A stretch of DNA of 52,650 bases. Source: a bacterium (GTDB taxonomy: Bacteria; Armatimonadota; JACIXR01). The stretch is taken from NCBI GenBank assembly GCA_049970775.1, contig JBMFMH010000003.1, positions 1 through 52,650 on the forward strand, read 5' to 3'. The first letter of the stretch is position 1, and each line of letters opens with the position of its first letter. A program made the translations under genes and the position numbers. Below, piece after piece: positions 20,749-29,808 of the stretch. The notes under the pieces are model-generated. The model did not search any database. It was not told the DNA's origin and was given only the letters and a program-made list of their open reading frames with translations.

Positions 20749-22038
20749 ATGACCCAGCTTGAAAAGGCAAGAAAAGGCATTATAACGGACGAGATGATAG
20801 CAGTTGCCAAAGAGGAAGGCATAGAGCCGGAGGTTGTTAGGGAAAAAGTAGCGAGCGGGCGACTGGTGATTCCGAAGAATGTTTTGAGGGGAAACACTAA
20901 GGTAGTAGGGATTGGGGAAGGATTAAGGGTTAAAGTAAATGCGAACATCGGGACATCACCTGACCTCGCCGATATATCGCTTGAGGAGCAAAAGCTACAG
21001 TCCGCCGTGAAGGCTGGGGCGGATACAGTTATGGATTTATCCATTGGTGGCGATTTGAAGGAAATAAGGAAGAGAATCCTCACTCATTCCCCCCTTCCCG
21101 TGGGAACAGTTCCCATATACCAAGCGGCGGTTGAAACAGCGAGAAGAAAAGGGAATATCACGCAGATGAGTGTGGAAGATATCTTGAAAGTGGTGGAGGA
21201 ACAAGCGAAAGAGGGAGTGGATTTTATGACTATTCACGCTGGCATAACTCTTTCCACGATAGAACAACTACGCAAGCAGGGGAGAGTGACGGGAATAGTA
21301 AGCAGGGGAGGCGCTTTTCTACTCTGTTGGATGTGGCAAAATAAAAAGGAAAATCCTTTTTACGAATATTTTGATGAGCTATTGGAGATTCTGCGTAAAT
21401 ACGATGTGACAATCAGCATAGGTGATGCCCTAAGACCAGGCTCAATAGCTGATGCGAGCGACAGGGCGCAGTTTCAGGAGACTATAATCCAAGGGGAACT
21501 GGTGCAAAAATGCTGGGAGGCTGGTGTGCAGGTAATGGTTGAGGGTCCGGGACATATCCCTCTTCACCTTGTTGAGCCAACGATAAAGATAACCAAGCAC
21601 CTCACGAACTACGCGCCCCTTTATCTTCTCGGTCCCCTTGTTGTTGATATTGCGGCGGGTTACGACCATATCGCCTCAGCAATTGGCGCCGCTGTTGCTG
21701 CCCTCGCTGGCGCTGATTTCATCTGCTATGTAACCCCCTCAGAGCACCTTGCGCTTCCCACCCCAGAGGAGGTTTACGAGGGGGTAATCGCCGCGAGAAT
21801 TGCGGCAAGCGCTGCTGACCTCGCAAGAGGACTACCTTCAGCGATAAAAAGAAACGAGGAGATGTCAAAAGCTCGTTATAGACTCGATTGGGCTACGCAG
21901 TTGGAATATACGATAGATAAAGAGAAGGCGAGGAAAATAAGGGAGAATCACGGGCTTTCCCTTTCCGGCGCCTGCACGATGTGCGGAGAATTCTGCGCTA
22001 TGAAAACGGTTGAGCCTTTCCTCAACATCATCAGATGA
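20749..22038 (+). CDS. thiC: Phosphomethylpyrimidine synthase
   Basis: KVNANIGTS, GADTVMDLS, SRGG and EGPGH motifs; C-terminal CTMCGEFC. Confidence 0.97.
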   Translation: MTQLEKARKGIITDEMIAVAKEEGIEPEVVREKVASGRLVIPKNVLRGNTKVVGIGEGLRVKVNANIGTSPDLADISLEEQKLQSAVKAGADTVMDLSIGGDLKEIRKRILTHSPLPVGTVPIYQAAVETARRKGNITQMSVEDILKVVEEQAKEGVDFMTIHAGITLSTIEQLRKQGRVTGIVSRGGAFLLCWMWQNKKENPFYEYFDELLEILRKYDVTISIGDALRPGSIADASDRAQFQETIIQGELVQKCWEAGVQVMVEGPGHIPLHLVEPTIKITKHLTNYAPLYLLGPLVVDIAAGYDHIASAIGAAVAALAGADFICYVTPSEHLALPTPEEVYEGVIAARIAASAADLARGLPSAIKRNEEMSKARYRLDWATQLEYTIDKEKARKIRENHGLSLSGACTMCGEFCAMKTVEPFLNIIR

Positions 22039-23000
22039 AGCATAGTAGAAAACTGTGCGAGTTAGGGGAGATTAAGCTAATAGAAAGAATCCGGGAAAGA
22101 ACGAAGAAGGAGGAAGGAGTTATAGTTGGTATCGGAGATGATTCCGCCGTTCTCAGCTTTGGTGAAGGAAATCTCCTCATCACCTCTGATTTATTAATTG
22201 AAGGAGTGCATTTTTATCCCTATTTTAAGCCCTACTTTCTCGGCTGGAAGGCACTTGCGGTTTCCCTCAGCGATATTTCCGCAATGGGTGGTGAGCCCCT
22301 GTTCGCGCTTCTCTCCCTTTCCCTACCCTCTCATCTTAGCGAGGAATGGCTTGACGATTTCCTTACCGGCTGGGAGGAGTTAGCTGGTATGTTCAATGTC
22401 TGCCTCGTCGGCGGGGATATGACGGAGGGAGAGAAAATCGTCATAGATTCAATAGTTCTTGGAAAAGCAGATTCACCCATCCTGAGAAGCGGAGCGAAAA
22501 TACACGATAAGATATTCGTAACTGGATTTCTCGGTGATTCCTCCGCCGGATTGTTCAGCCTCAAAAAAAACATCGCACACCCTGCGCTCTTGGAGAAACA
22601 TCTTAAGCCTTTCCCAAGGGTGAAAGAGGGCATAGAGATAGGGAGAAGCGGGAAAGCAAACGCAATGATAGATTTATCCGATGGCTTAGCAAGCGATTTA
22701 TCTCACATTTGTAAGGAGAGCGGGAAAGGGGCTTTGCTTTTCCCAGAGAAGTTCCCCTTATCCCCTGACCTCGTTTCCTTCTGCCATTCTCTAAACATCT
22801 CGCCTTTGGAATTCGCCCTTTACGGTGGTGAGGATTACGAGCTTCTGATAACGGGAAATGAGCAACTGAAAGAGTCTGTTGACTTTCCCCTTTATGAGAT
22901 AGGGGAAATCATAGAAGGAGAAGATATATTTTTATTTGAGGAAGGGAAAAAAAGAAAATTAGAGAGAAAAGGTTTTGAACATTTCAAGGGAAAGAGATAA
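22035..23000 (+). CDS. thiL: Thiamine-monophosphate kinase
   Basis: GIGDDSA, EGVHF, SDISAMGG, GGD, DLSDGL and GGEDYELL motifs. Confidence 0.96.
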   Translation: MKHSRKLCELGEIKLIERIRERTKKEEGVIVGIGDDSAVLSFGEGNLLITSDLLIEGVHFYPYFKPYFLGWKALAVSLSDISAMGGEPLFALLSLSLPSHLSEEWLDDFLTGWEELAGMFNVCLVGGDMTEGEKIVIDSIVLGKADSPILRSGAKIHDKIFVTGFLGDSSAGLFSLKKNIAHPALLEKHLKPFPRVKEGIEIGRSGKANAMIDLSDGLASDLSHICKESGKGALLFPEKFPLSPDLVSFCHSLNISPLEFALYGGEDYELLITGNEQLKESVDFPLYEIGEIIEGEDIFLFEEGKKRKLERKGFEHFKGKR

Positions 23001-24114
23001 AATATTAAATATGTCAATAAGCAATCTCGTTCAGAAAGTTGAAACGATTGACGCCCAGACCCCTTTACCAACCCTGCTGGAGAAACTCAGCAAGGGGAAG
23101 GTGCTGGCTGTGTCTGAGGAGGGAAGATTCGTCGGCTTGATTTGGGAGGAAAGGGTTAGTTCCCTTCTCAAGCTCAGCGAGCTATCAAATAATATCTCTG
23201 CGAAAGATTTGATGGTTAGGGATGTTCCCCTTATAAGCGAGGATGTCTCCTTAGACTTCCTTGCCTATTTCCTTGATTCGCATCCCTACCCAGTGGTTCC
23301 CGTGCTAAGCAATGAGGGTTACTTTGCTGGGGTTATTTATAAGAGGGACATTTTGAGATATATTCTCGGTTCTCTAAGACCTCGTAGCGTTGGTGGGATG
23401 GCAACACCCTTAGGTGTTTATCTTACCACTGGCAGCCTTCGGGCGGGAGCAAAGGAAATAGGGCTCTTCCTCACGGGTGTTTTCTTTGCTATTTTCGTGT
23501 TGGCGTCAATATATATAACAGACGGGATAGCCTACCTCGTTCAGCTTTACACTCCCCTGCCATTATATGCAATAAAGAATTCGCCGCCAATCGGCACTCT
23601 TAATCCCTTTGATGTTTGGTATTATCTTGTAGGTGCCTTTCAACTTGGGCTTTTCCTTCTTTTCCTGCGTGTTTCTCCCCTATCTTCCTTCCATGGAGCG
23701 GAACATAAGGTTGTAAACACGATAGAGGCGGGAGAACCCTTGGAATTGGAAATAGTGCGTAGGATGCCCAAGGAGCACCCTCGCTGTGGAACGAATCTTG
23801 CGGTTTTTCTCCTTTTAATTTTTCTTATCTATCAAATCTCAAAGAGCCTCATCCTCGCTCTCATAATACCCCTCCTCAGCTGGCGCTATCTGGGAATGCT
23901 TGTGCAGAAATACATAACCACAAAGGAACCACCTGATAAATACCTCCTTAATGCTATTGAAGCGGGGAAAGAATTATTGAGGAAGTTTAGGGAAGCACCC
24001 CTTACCGCTCCCAATATCTATCAAAGAATATACAATATGGGCTTATTGCATATAGTGGCAGGCTATAGCTCGGTTTTCCTACTTTATCAAATCGCTCTCT
24101 TAGTAAAGAGGTGA
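22975..24114 (+). CDS. CBS-pair + DUF1385 membrane protein
   Basis: N-terminal tandem CBS-like repeats, then VGGMA...GV, FHGAEHK, HPRCGT and TTKEP motifs with TM helices. Confidence 0.78.
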   Translation: MNISRERDKILNMSISNLVQKVETIDAQTPLPTLLEKLSKGKVLAVSEEGRFVGLIWEERVSSLLKLSELSNNISAKDLMVRDVPLISEDVSLDFLAYFLDSHPYPVVPVLSNEGYFAGVIYKRDILRYILGSLRPRSVGGMATPLGVYLTTGSLRAGAKEIGLFLTGVFFAIFVLASIYITDGIAYLVQLYTPLPLYAIKNSPPIGTLNPFDVWYYLVGAFQLGLFLLFLRVSPLSSFHGAEHKVVNTIEAGEPLELEIVRRMPKEHPRCGTNLAVFLLLIFLIYQISKSLILALIIPLLSWRYLGMLVQKYITTKEPPDKYLLNAIEAGKELLRKFREAPLTAPNIYQRIYNMGLLHIVAGYSSVFLLYQIALLVKR

Positions 24115-25781
24115 TAAGGGTTATGATTATAAGCAGATTAAAGGAAATGCTATTGAGAGCGATAAGCACTTGGGGAAAAGTTTCCCTTGATAAGGTCCCT
24201 AAATTTGAAGTAATGGTTCCTCCCAACGAGAAGCTCGGCGATTACGCAACTAACCTGGCAATTCTTCTGGGAAAAGCGATGAACGAGAAACCAGAAAAAA
24301 TCGCCGAGGAATTGATACCCCTTATTGAGAAGGAAGGCACCGTGGAAAGGGTGGAGTTGGCGAAAGGCGGTTTCATCAATTTCTTCCTTGAATGGAGCAT
24401 TTTGCAAGCTGTGGTAGAAGATATATTAAGGCTTGGGGAAAAATTCGGCTTCCCCGATATAGGGAAGAAAGAGAAGGTTCAAATTGAGTTTGTAAGCGCC
24501 AACCCTACTGGACCCTTGAGCGTTGCTCACGGAAGGGGCGCAGTCATCGGTGATGTTTTGGCAAATTTATTTTCAAAGCTTGGTTTTGATGTTACAAGAG
24601 AATATTACATAAATGATTATGGCTCTCAGATATATTCATTCGCTAAGTCCATAGAGGCAAGGTATTTCCAACTGTTTGGGCAGGATGTTCCTCTACCAGA
24701 GGATGGGTATAAAGGAGAGTATGTGAGGGATTTGGCTCTTAGAATAAAGGATGAAAGGGGCGAAGAACTCCTCGCCCTTCCGCAAGAGGAAAGGTTGGAA
24801 GTGATGAAGAGGAAGGGAGTGGAATTAATGGTGGGGAATCATAAGCAAACCCTTGCCCGTTTTGGCGTTCATTTCAACAGCTGGTTTAAGGAAAGTTCGC
24901 TTCACGAAAGCTCAAAGGTAAAGAAAGTGCTGAGAGCATTAGAGGAGAAAGGGCTTCTTTTCCAAATGGATGACGCTGTTTGGTTTCGTTCCACCCTCTT
25001 CGGTGATGATAAGGATAGGGTTCTCCTTCGTTCCGATGGAGCTCCAACTTACTTCGCCTCCGATTTAGCTTACCATAAGGATAAATATGAAAGAGGTTTT
25101 GCCCGGGTGATAGATATTTGGGGACCAGACCATCACGGATATGTTGGAAGAATGTTAGCGGGAGTTAAGGCATTGGGCTATGGGGAAGATTGGCTGAAAA
25201 TATTGATTTTCCAAGTTGTAAGGCTGGTAAGGGAAGGTGAATTGATAATGATGTCTAAGAGAGAGGGCGAATTCGTGACTTTAGATGAACTAATAGACGA
25301 GGTGGGTAAAGACGCTGCCAGGTTCTTCTATCTTCTGCGCACCATAGACTCCCCTTTGGACTTTGATATGACTCTTGCGGTAAAACAAGCGCCAGAAAAT
25401 CCCGTTTATTATGTGCAGTATGCGCATACGAGAATCGTAAGCATATTGAGAGAAGCGGAAAAGAGGGGTTTCAATCTATCTCTGCATTCTCCTTCTCGCC
25501 TTGATTTGCTTAAAGAAGACAAAGAAAGAGCACTAATCAAAAAGTTAGGGGAATTTCCCTCCCTCATCCAAGCTACTTATTCCTCGCTTGAGCCCTATAA
25601 TATCGTTCGCTATTCCCTTGAGTTGGCTAAGATATTTCATAATTTCTATGAATCCCACAGGGTTATAGTCGCTGAGGACGAGGATTTAACGCAGGCACGC
25701 CTAAAATTAATGCTCGCAACCCTTCAAGTTTTACGGAACTGCCTTGACCTGTTGGGAGTGGAAGCCCCGGAAAGAATGTAG
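24111..25781 (+). CDS. argS: Arginine--tRNA ligase
   Basis: GDYATN, EFVSANPTGPLSVAHGR, MSKREG and YVQYAHTR motifs; ends in APERM. Start may be ATG 24123. Confidence 0.98.
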   Translation: MIRVMIISRLKEMLLRAISTWGKVSLDKVPKFEVMVPPNEKLGDYATNLAILLGKAMNEKPEKIAEELIPLIEKEGTVERVELAKGGFINFFLEWSILQAVVEDILRLGEKFGFPDIGKKEKVQIEFVSANPTGPLSVAHGRGAVIGDVLANLFSKLGFDVTREYYINDYGSQIYSFAKSIEARYFQLFGQDVPLPEDGYKGEYVRDLALRIKDERGEELLALPQEERLEVMKRKGVELMVGNHKQTLARFGVHFNSWFKESSLHESSKVKKVLRALEEKGLLFQMDDAVWFRSTLFGDDKDRVLLRSDGAPTYFASDLAYHKDKYERGFARVIDIWGPDHHGYVGRMLAGVKALGYGEDWLKILIFQVVRLVREGELIMMSKREGEFVTLDELIDEVGKDAARFFYLLRTIDSPLDFDMTLAVKQAPENPVYYVQYAHTRIVSILREAEKRGFNLSLHSPSRLDLLKEDKERALIKKLGEFPSLIQATYSSLEPYNIVRYSLELAKIFHNFYESHRVIVAEDEDLTQARLKLMLATLQVLRNCLDLLGVEAPERM

Positions 25782-26506
25782 ATTTCTTGAAAAAGCTCCC
25801 TTGCGGAGAGAAGCTTCTCAACATCCTGGTTAGCCGGGTTGTTAAAGACCTCGTAAGTAGTTCCTATTTGTGCAACTCTGCCATTTATGTAAATTATCAT
25901 CTTATCCGCTAAACTTAAAGCCTCAAATATATCGTGAGTGACAAAAACAACGGGAATGTTGAACCTTTCCTTCACTTCCCTTAACAACTCCATAACTTCA
26001 AGCTTTATCTGGCTATCTAAGGCGCTAAGGGGCTCGTCAAGGAGGAGAGCTTTCGGTTCCCTCATAAGAGCCATTGCGAGAGCAACTCTTCTTTTTTGTC
26101 CTCCAGATATCTGGTGAGGAAACCTATTCTCCAATCCCTCAAGCTGGAAAACTTCCATCATCTGCTTTATCCTTTGCTCCAAGGTTCTCTTATCCAAGTG
26201 TTTTCCTCCATAGGCGATGTTTCCCTTCACTGTCATATGAGGGAAAAGCGTGGAATCTTGAAAGACATACCCGAAAGGTCTTTTTTGGGGAGGGACATTG
26301 ATTTTTCTTTCGCTATCGTAGAAAACATCCCCGTTAAGCTTGACGAACCCCTCATCGGGTTCCGTTAAGCCCGCTATGAGCCTCAATGTCATAGATTTTC
26401 CCGCCCCGGAATGCCCGAAGAGAACCACGAACTCATCATCTGCCTCCCATTCAACATCAAGGGAAAAACCTGGTAAAGTCTTGATGAATTTTATGCAAAG
26501 GCTCAT
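25724..26506 (-). CDS. modC: Molybdate/tungstate ABC transporter ATP-binding subunit
   Basis: GHSGAGKS, GYVFQ...LFPHMTV, ISGGQ and LLLDEP motifs; no TOBE domain. Confidence 0.88.
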   Translation of the reverse strand: MSLCIKFIKTLPGFSLDVEWEADDEFVVLFGHSGAGKSMTLRLIAGLTEPDEGFVKLNGDVFYDSERKINVPPQKRPFGYVFQDSTLFPHMTVKGNIAYGGKHLDKRTLEQRIKQMMEVFQLEGLENRFPHQISGGQKRRVALAMALMREPKALLLDEPLSALDSQIKLEVMELLREVKERFNIPVVFVTHDIFEALSLADKMIIYINGRVAQIGTTYEVFNNPANQDVEKLLSARELFQEIYILSGASTPNRSRQFRKT

Positions 26507-27171
26507 CCTACTGCCCTTCCTCCATATTTGTTAGCTAAATATAGGCTGATGCCAGAGATGAAAGTGAAAAGGATTGCCATTACATTGGCTTTAGCATACT
26601 CGCCTGATTCCATGGCGGTATATATAGCGAGAGGCACGGTGTCCGTTTTCCCCGGGATATTTCCCGCAAACATCAAAGTCGCCCCAAATTCACCCAGCGC
26701 CCTCGCGAAGGTGAGAATGCTTCCCGCAAGAATCCCTCTTTTCGCTAGTGGTAAAACAACCCTTATAGCAGTTTCCCATTCAGAATGTCCCAAGGTATAA
26801 GAGGCGTCAATGAGGTTTTTGTCCACCAATTCAATCGCTGCTCTCGTTGTCTTCACCATTAGGGGAAATGAGACGCAGAAGGAAGCAATCGCAGCTGCAT
26901 ACCAAGTAAACATAATGTTCCAGCCAGTTGCCTCATACAAAAATCTACCAATTAACCCATTTCTACCCAAGAGGACAACGAGATAGTAGCCGATAACAGT
27001 TGGAGGAAGGACAAGGGGAAGGGTGAAGATTGTGTCTAAGATACCCTTCCCCTTGAACTCCTTCATAGCTAAGATATAGGCAACTAAAATGCCCAACGGG
27101 ACAGCCAAAGCCAGCGCAACCGCCGCGACTTGAAAGGAAAGCCTAATAGAAAATAGAAAGGAACTGCCCAT
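26503..27171 (-). CDS. modB: Molybdate ABC transporter permease
   Basis: LPLVLPPTVIGYYL and FARALGEFGATLMFAGNIPGKT motifs. Confidence 0.95.
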   Translation of the reverse strand: MGSSFLFSIRLSFQVAAVALALAVPLGILVAYILAMKEFKGKGILDTIFTLPLVLPPTVIGYYLVVLLGRNGLIGRFLYEATGWNIMFTWYAAAIASFCVSFPLMVKTTRAAIELVDKNLIDASYTLGHSEWETAIRVVLPLAKRGILAGSILTFARALGEFGATLMFAGNIPGKTDTVPLAIYTAMESGEYAKANVMAILFTFISGISLYLANKYGGRAVG

Positions 27172-27174
27172 ATT

Positions 27175-28083
27175 TTAGTAGATTAACTCTATTTGCATCA
27201 TAAAACTATCGTTCTTCTTCCCTTCCTCCAGGGTGTAAATGAAGGAAAGAATGGTGTTCTTTTCTAAATAAAACATAGGTCCGAAAACCAGCGCTTTATT
27301 CTCCGTTTTGTCCCATCTATTATTTTTCGCATTATATGATTTAACACCATTGTAATACTCGCCTCTCAATATGTAGGAGACAGCAGGCTGGTCATATCTA
27401 TATTGAAGATACCAACCTTTGCTGTTTTCTTTATCGTCCTTTCCCCAAACAACTTCACCACGAAGCGAATTGTTTTTCTTTTTCCAAAGCATATCAACCC
27501 CATATCTATCCTTCGTCACATTCTGCCCTCCCGCCAATTGCTTCCCAAGGTAGAGGGAAACACCATAAGAGAAGTTCCCTTTATTATCGGATAAGTGAAG
27601 AATGAAATCTTTGCAATTGTTGTCATCGTTAACCTGTTGCTCACCGTTGCCGTTTATCAAGGCTAAACGGATGTTTTTGCTTGGTGAGAACAACAAGCCC
27701 TTATCGTATGTTTGTTTAGGGAAGAGGTTCCTGAGAACGATGGCTAAATCTGGGGTTTCCAAAAGGGCAGCGGGAAGGGGAATTTCGTAGCCGAAGGGAA
27801 TTTTGAATTGTCCGAACAGTAAATCGCCGCCACTTGTTTTAAGCTTAACATAGCAACTCTTGACGCCAGCGGTTGAGGGAATGGCGTTTAGCTCAGCGAC
27901 GAGGGAAGAAATCTTGTTGACGCTTAAGCTCCACATCAAGCGAACATCTTTGGCGGCGAAATTACTCTCAGGATTGGCAGTTTGGTCCCAATTGTATCTG
28001 AACTTGCTATATCCACTCAGCTTCACTTCCATAGGGAAAGCGAGAAGAGGTAGGATAAAGAAGAGGATTAATAGTTTTTTCAT
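27175..28083 (-). CDS. Putative outer-membrane beta-barrel porin (OprO/OprP-like)
   Basis: Signal peptide, GQFKIPFG.E motif, NGNG....DNN..KD loop, alternating amphipathic strands and a C-terminal aromatic residue (QIELIY). Confidence 0.7.
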   Translation of the reverse strand: MKKLLILFFILPLLAFPMEVKLSGYSKFRYNWDQTANPESNFAAKDVRLMWSLSVNKISSLVAELNAIPSTAGVKSCYVKLKTSGGDLLFGQFKIPFGYEIPLPAALLETPDLAIVLRNLFPKQTYDKGLLFSPSKNIRLALINGNGEQQVNDDNNCKDFILHLSDNKGNFSYGVSLYLGKQLAGGQNVTKDRYGVDMLWKKKNNSLRGEVVWGKDDKENSKGWYLQYRYDQPAVSYILRGEYYNGVKSYNAKNNRWDKTENKALVFGPMFYLEKNTILSFIYTLEEGKKNDSFMMQIELIY

Positions 28084-28895
28084 TTTACTTGCCCTCCTTG
28101 TTTAGTCTTGGTGGTTTCTATTTCTTTCATTGTTTTGAAACCGTATTTCTTGAGGATTTTCTGACCTTCTGGGGAAAGAACTAAAGCGACAAAATCCTTC
28201 GCCAAGGGGACATTTTGCGAGGTCTTCACAACCGCTATGGGGTAGACAACCGGTTTACAGCTACCTTTCGGCGCCTCACCAACGATTTTTACTTGTTTTC
28301 TCCTAATGAACGCATCGGTCAGATAAACTAGACCAGCATCCACCTCGTTGCGAGCAACATAATCAAGCACTTGCCGAACATTTTCCGCATAGACGAATTT
28401 TTCTTTTAGCTTATCCCATAATCTTAGGTTTTCTAAAACCTCCTCTGAATATTGTCCAGCAGGAACCGTTTTTGGGTCTCCTATCGCGATTCTCTTGACG
28501 AAAGGTTTCTCAAGGTCAGCAAAGGACTTTATAGGTAATTTAGATTTGGAGGGAACGATTAGCACCAATACATTACCAGCAAAGTTCCTTCTCGTTCCCT
28601 CAACGACCAATCCTTTCTTTTCCAAGGCATCCATCTGTTTCGGCGCGGCGGAAGCGAAGACATCGACTGGTGCTCCTCCCTCTATCTGCGCCTGAAGGGT
28701 TCCAGAGGCGCCGAAATTAAAAAACACTTTCACACCCTTGTGCTTTTTTTCAAACAGCTTCCCTATCTCCTGAAAGCTGTCCTTCAAGCTAATCGCCGCG
28801 GAAACAGTTATGCTGTTCTTACCACCAGCTTCCGCATTGCCTCCCAAGAAAAGGGCAAGGCAGAACAAGGAAACCAAGACCGAGAGATAACGCAT
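28080..28895 (-). CDS. modA: Molybdate ABC transporter substrate-binding protein
   Basis: Signal peptide; SAAISL, FGASG.L..QI..GAP.DVF.SA, VPAGQY, NVRQVL and VY.TDA motifs. Confidence 0.95.
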   Translation of the reverse strand: MRYLSVLVSLFCLALFLGGNAEAGGKNSITVSAAISLKDSFQEIGKLFEKKHKGVKVFFNFGASGTLQAQIEGGAPVDVFASAAPKQMDALEKKGLVVEGTRRNFAGNVLVLIVPSKSKLPIKSFADLEKPFVKRIAIGDPKTVPAGQYSEEVLENLRLWDKLKEKFVYAENVRQVLDYVARNEVDAGLVYLTDAFIRRKQVKIVGEAPKGSCKPVVYPIAVVKTSQNVPLAKDFVALVLSPEGQKILKKYGFKTMKEIETTKTKQGGQVK

Positions 28896-28922
28896 TTCTC
28901 CTTCCTCCTTTCTTTTTTGGAA

Positions 28923-28947
28923 ACATAATAACGACTTAGTATGTCAA
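28923..28947 (-). promoter_or_regulatory. Candidate operator overlapping a TTGACA upstream of modA
   Basis: ACATAATAA-CGAC-TTAGTATGT (8/9 inverted match), containing CGTTAT on the minus strand. Confidence 0.4.
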
Positions 28948-29049
28948 GAAAATGAAATTATTTTTTTAAAATTTTTAATTTGTATGAAATGATTTTGAAC
29001 CCGAGAAAAGAAGTAAACGATAATAAGGCAAATTCCTATAGCTTTTTAC

Positions 29050-29808
29050 TCAAGCGGTGCCGAGTTTTCCACAAATTGGGCAGTTTGGTTTCCTCTTTAC
29101 CTTTGCCTTCCTCGTCTCCCAGTTAGCTGTATCTATATGCAAAATCCAGCCCTCAAGTATGCTACCAAAACCAGCAAGATGCTTAACTACTTCCGTAGCT
29201 GCTATGCAACCCATCATTGCAGATACGGAACCGAGAACGGGAAAAGGAATTGACCAACGGGGAGGAGAAGGGAAAAGACAGGCAAGACAGGGTGTTATCC
29301 CCGGTTTTATAAAAGTTATATAGCCTTCCATTCCATACATCGCCACTTCAACAAGTGGTTTTCTTAATTCCACGCACGCTTTGTTGAGATTGAATCTTTC
29401 CTCAAAAGTAGGAGGGCAAGCAATTGCTATGTCCACTTGGGAAACTATCTTTTTCGTTTTCTCTAAATCAAAGGCAACATCCTCACCATACGCCACAAGT
29501 TCCATAAAGGGATTGAGCGCCTTGAGACGCTCAATCGCGCAGTCTATTCTCGGCTTTCCAATCGCAGAATAGGACATCAAAAGCTGACGGTTCATATTTG
29601 ATGGTTCCACTACGCCACCGTGAGCGATAACAAGTTTACCAATGCCGGCTAAGGCGAGATATATAGCTACGGGTCCGCCTAAACCTCCTACCCTTGTCAC
29701 AAAAGCAGAAGAGTTTTTTAGCTTTCTTTGTCCCTCCTCCCCGAAAATCATAATTTGCCTTCTAAATCTAACCTTTTCCTCCTCGCTAAGTTCAATCAAA
29801 GCAATCAC
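29050..29808 (-). CDS. HesA/MoeB/ThiF family adenylyltransferase
   Basis: RQI, TRVGGLGG, SNMNRQ, PCLAC and C-terminal CPIC motifs. Confidence 0.9.
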   Translation of the reverse strand: MIALIELSEEEKVRFRRQIMIFGEEGQRKLKNSSAFVTRVGGLGGPVAIYLALAGIGKLVIAHGGVVEPSNMNRQLLMSYSAIGKPRIDCAIERLKALNPFMELVAYGEDVAFDLEKTKKIVSQVDIAIACPPTFEERFNLNKACVELRKPLVEVAMYGMEGYITFIKPGITPCLACLFPSPPRWSIPFPVLGSVSAMMGCIAATEVVKHLAGFGSILEGWILHIDTANWETRKAKVKRKPNCPICGKLGTA

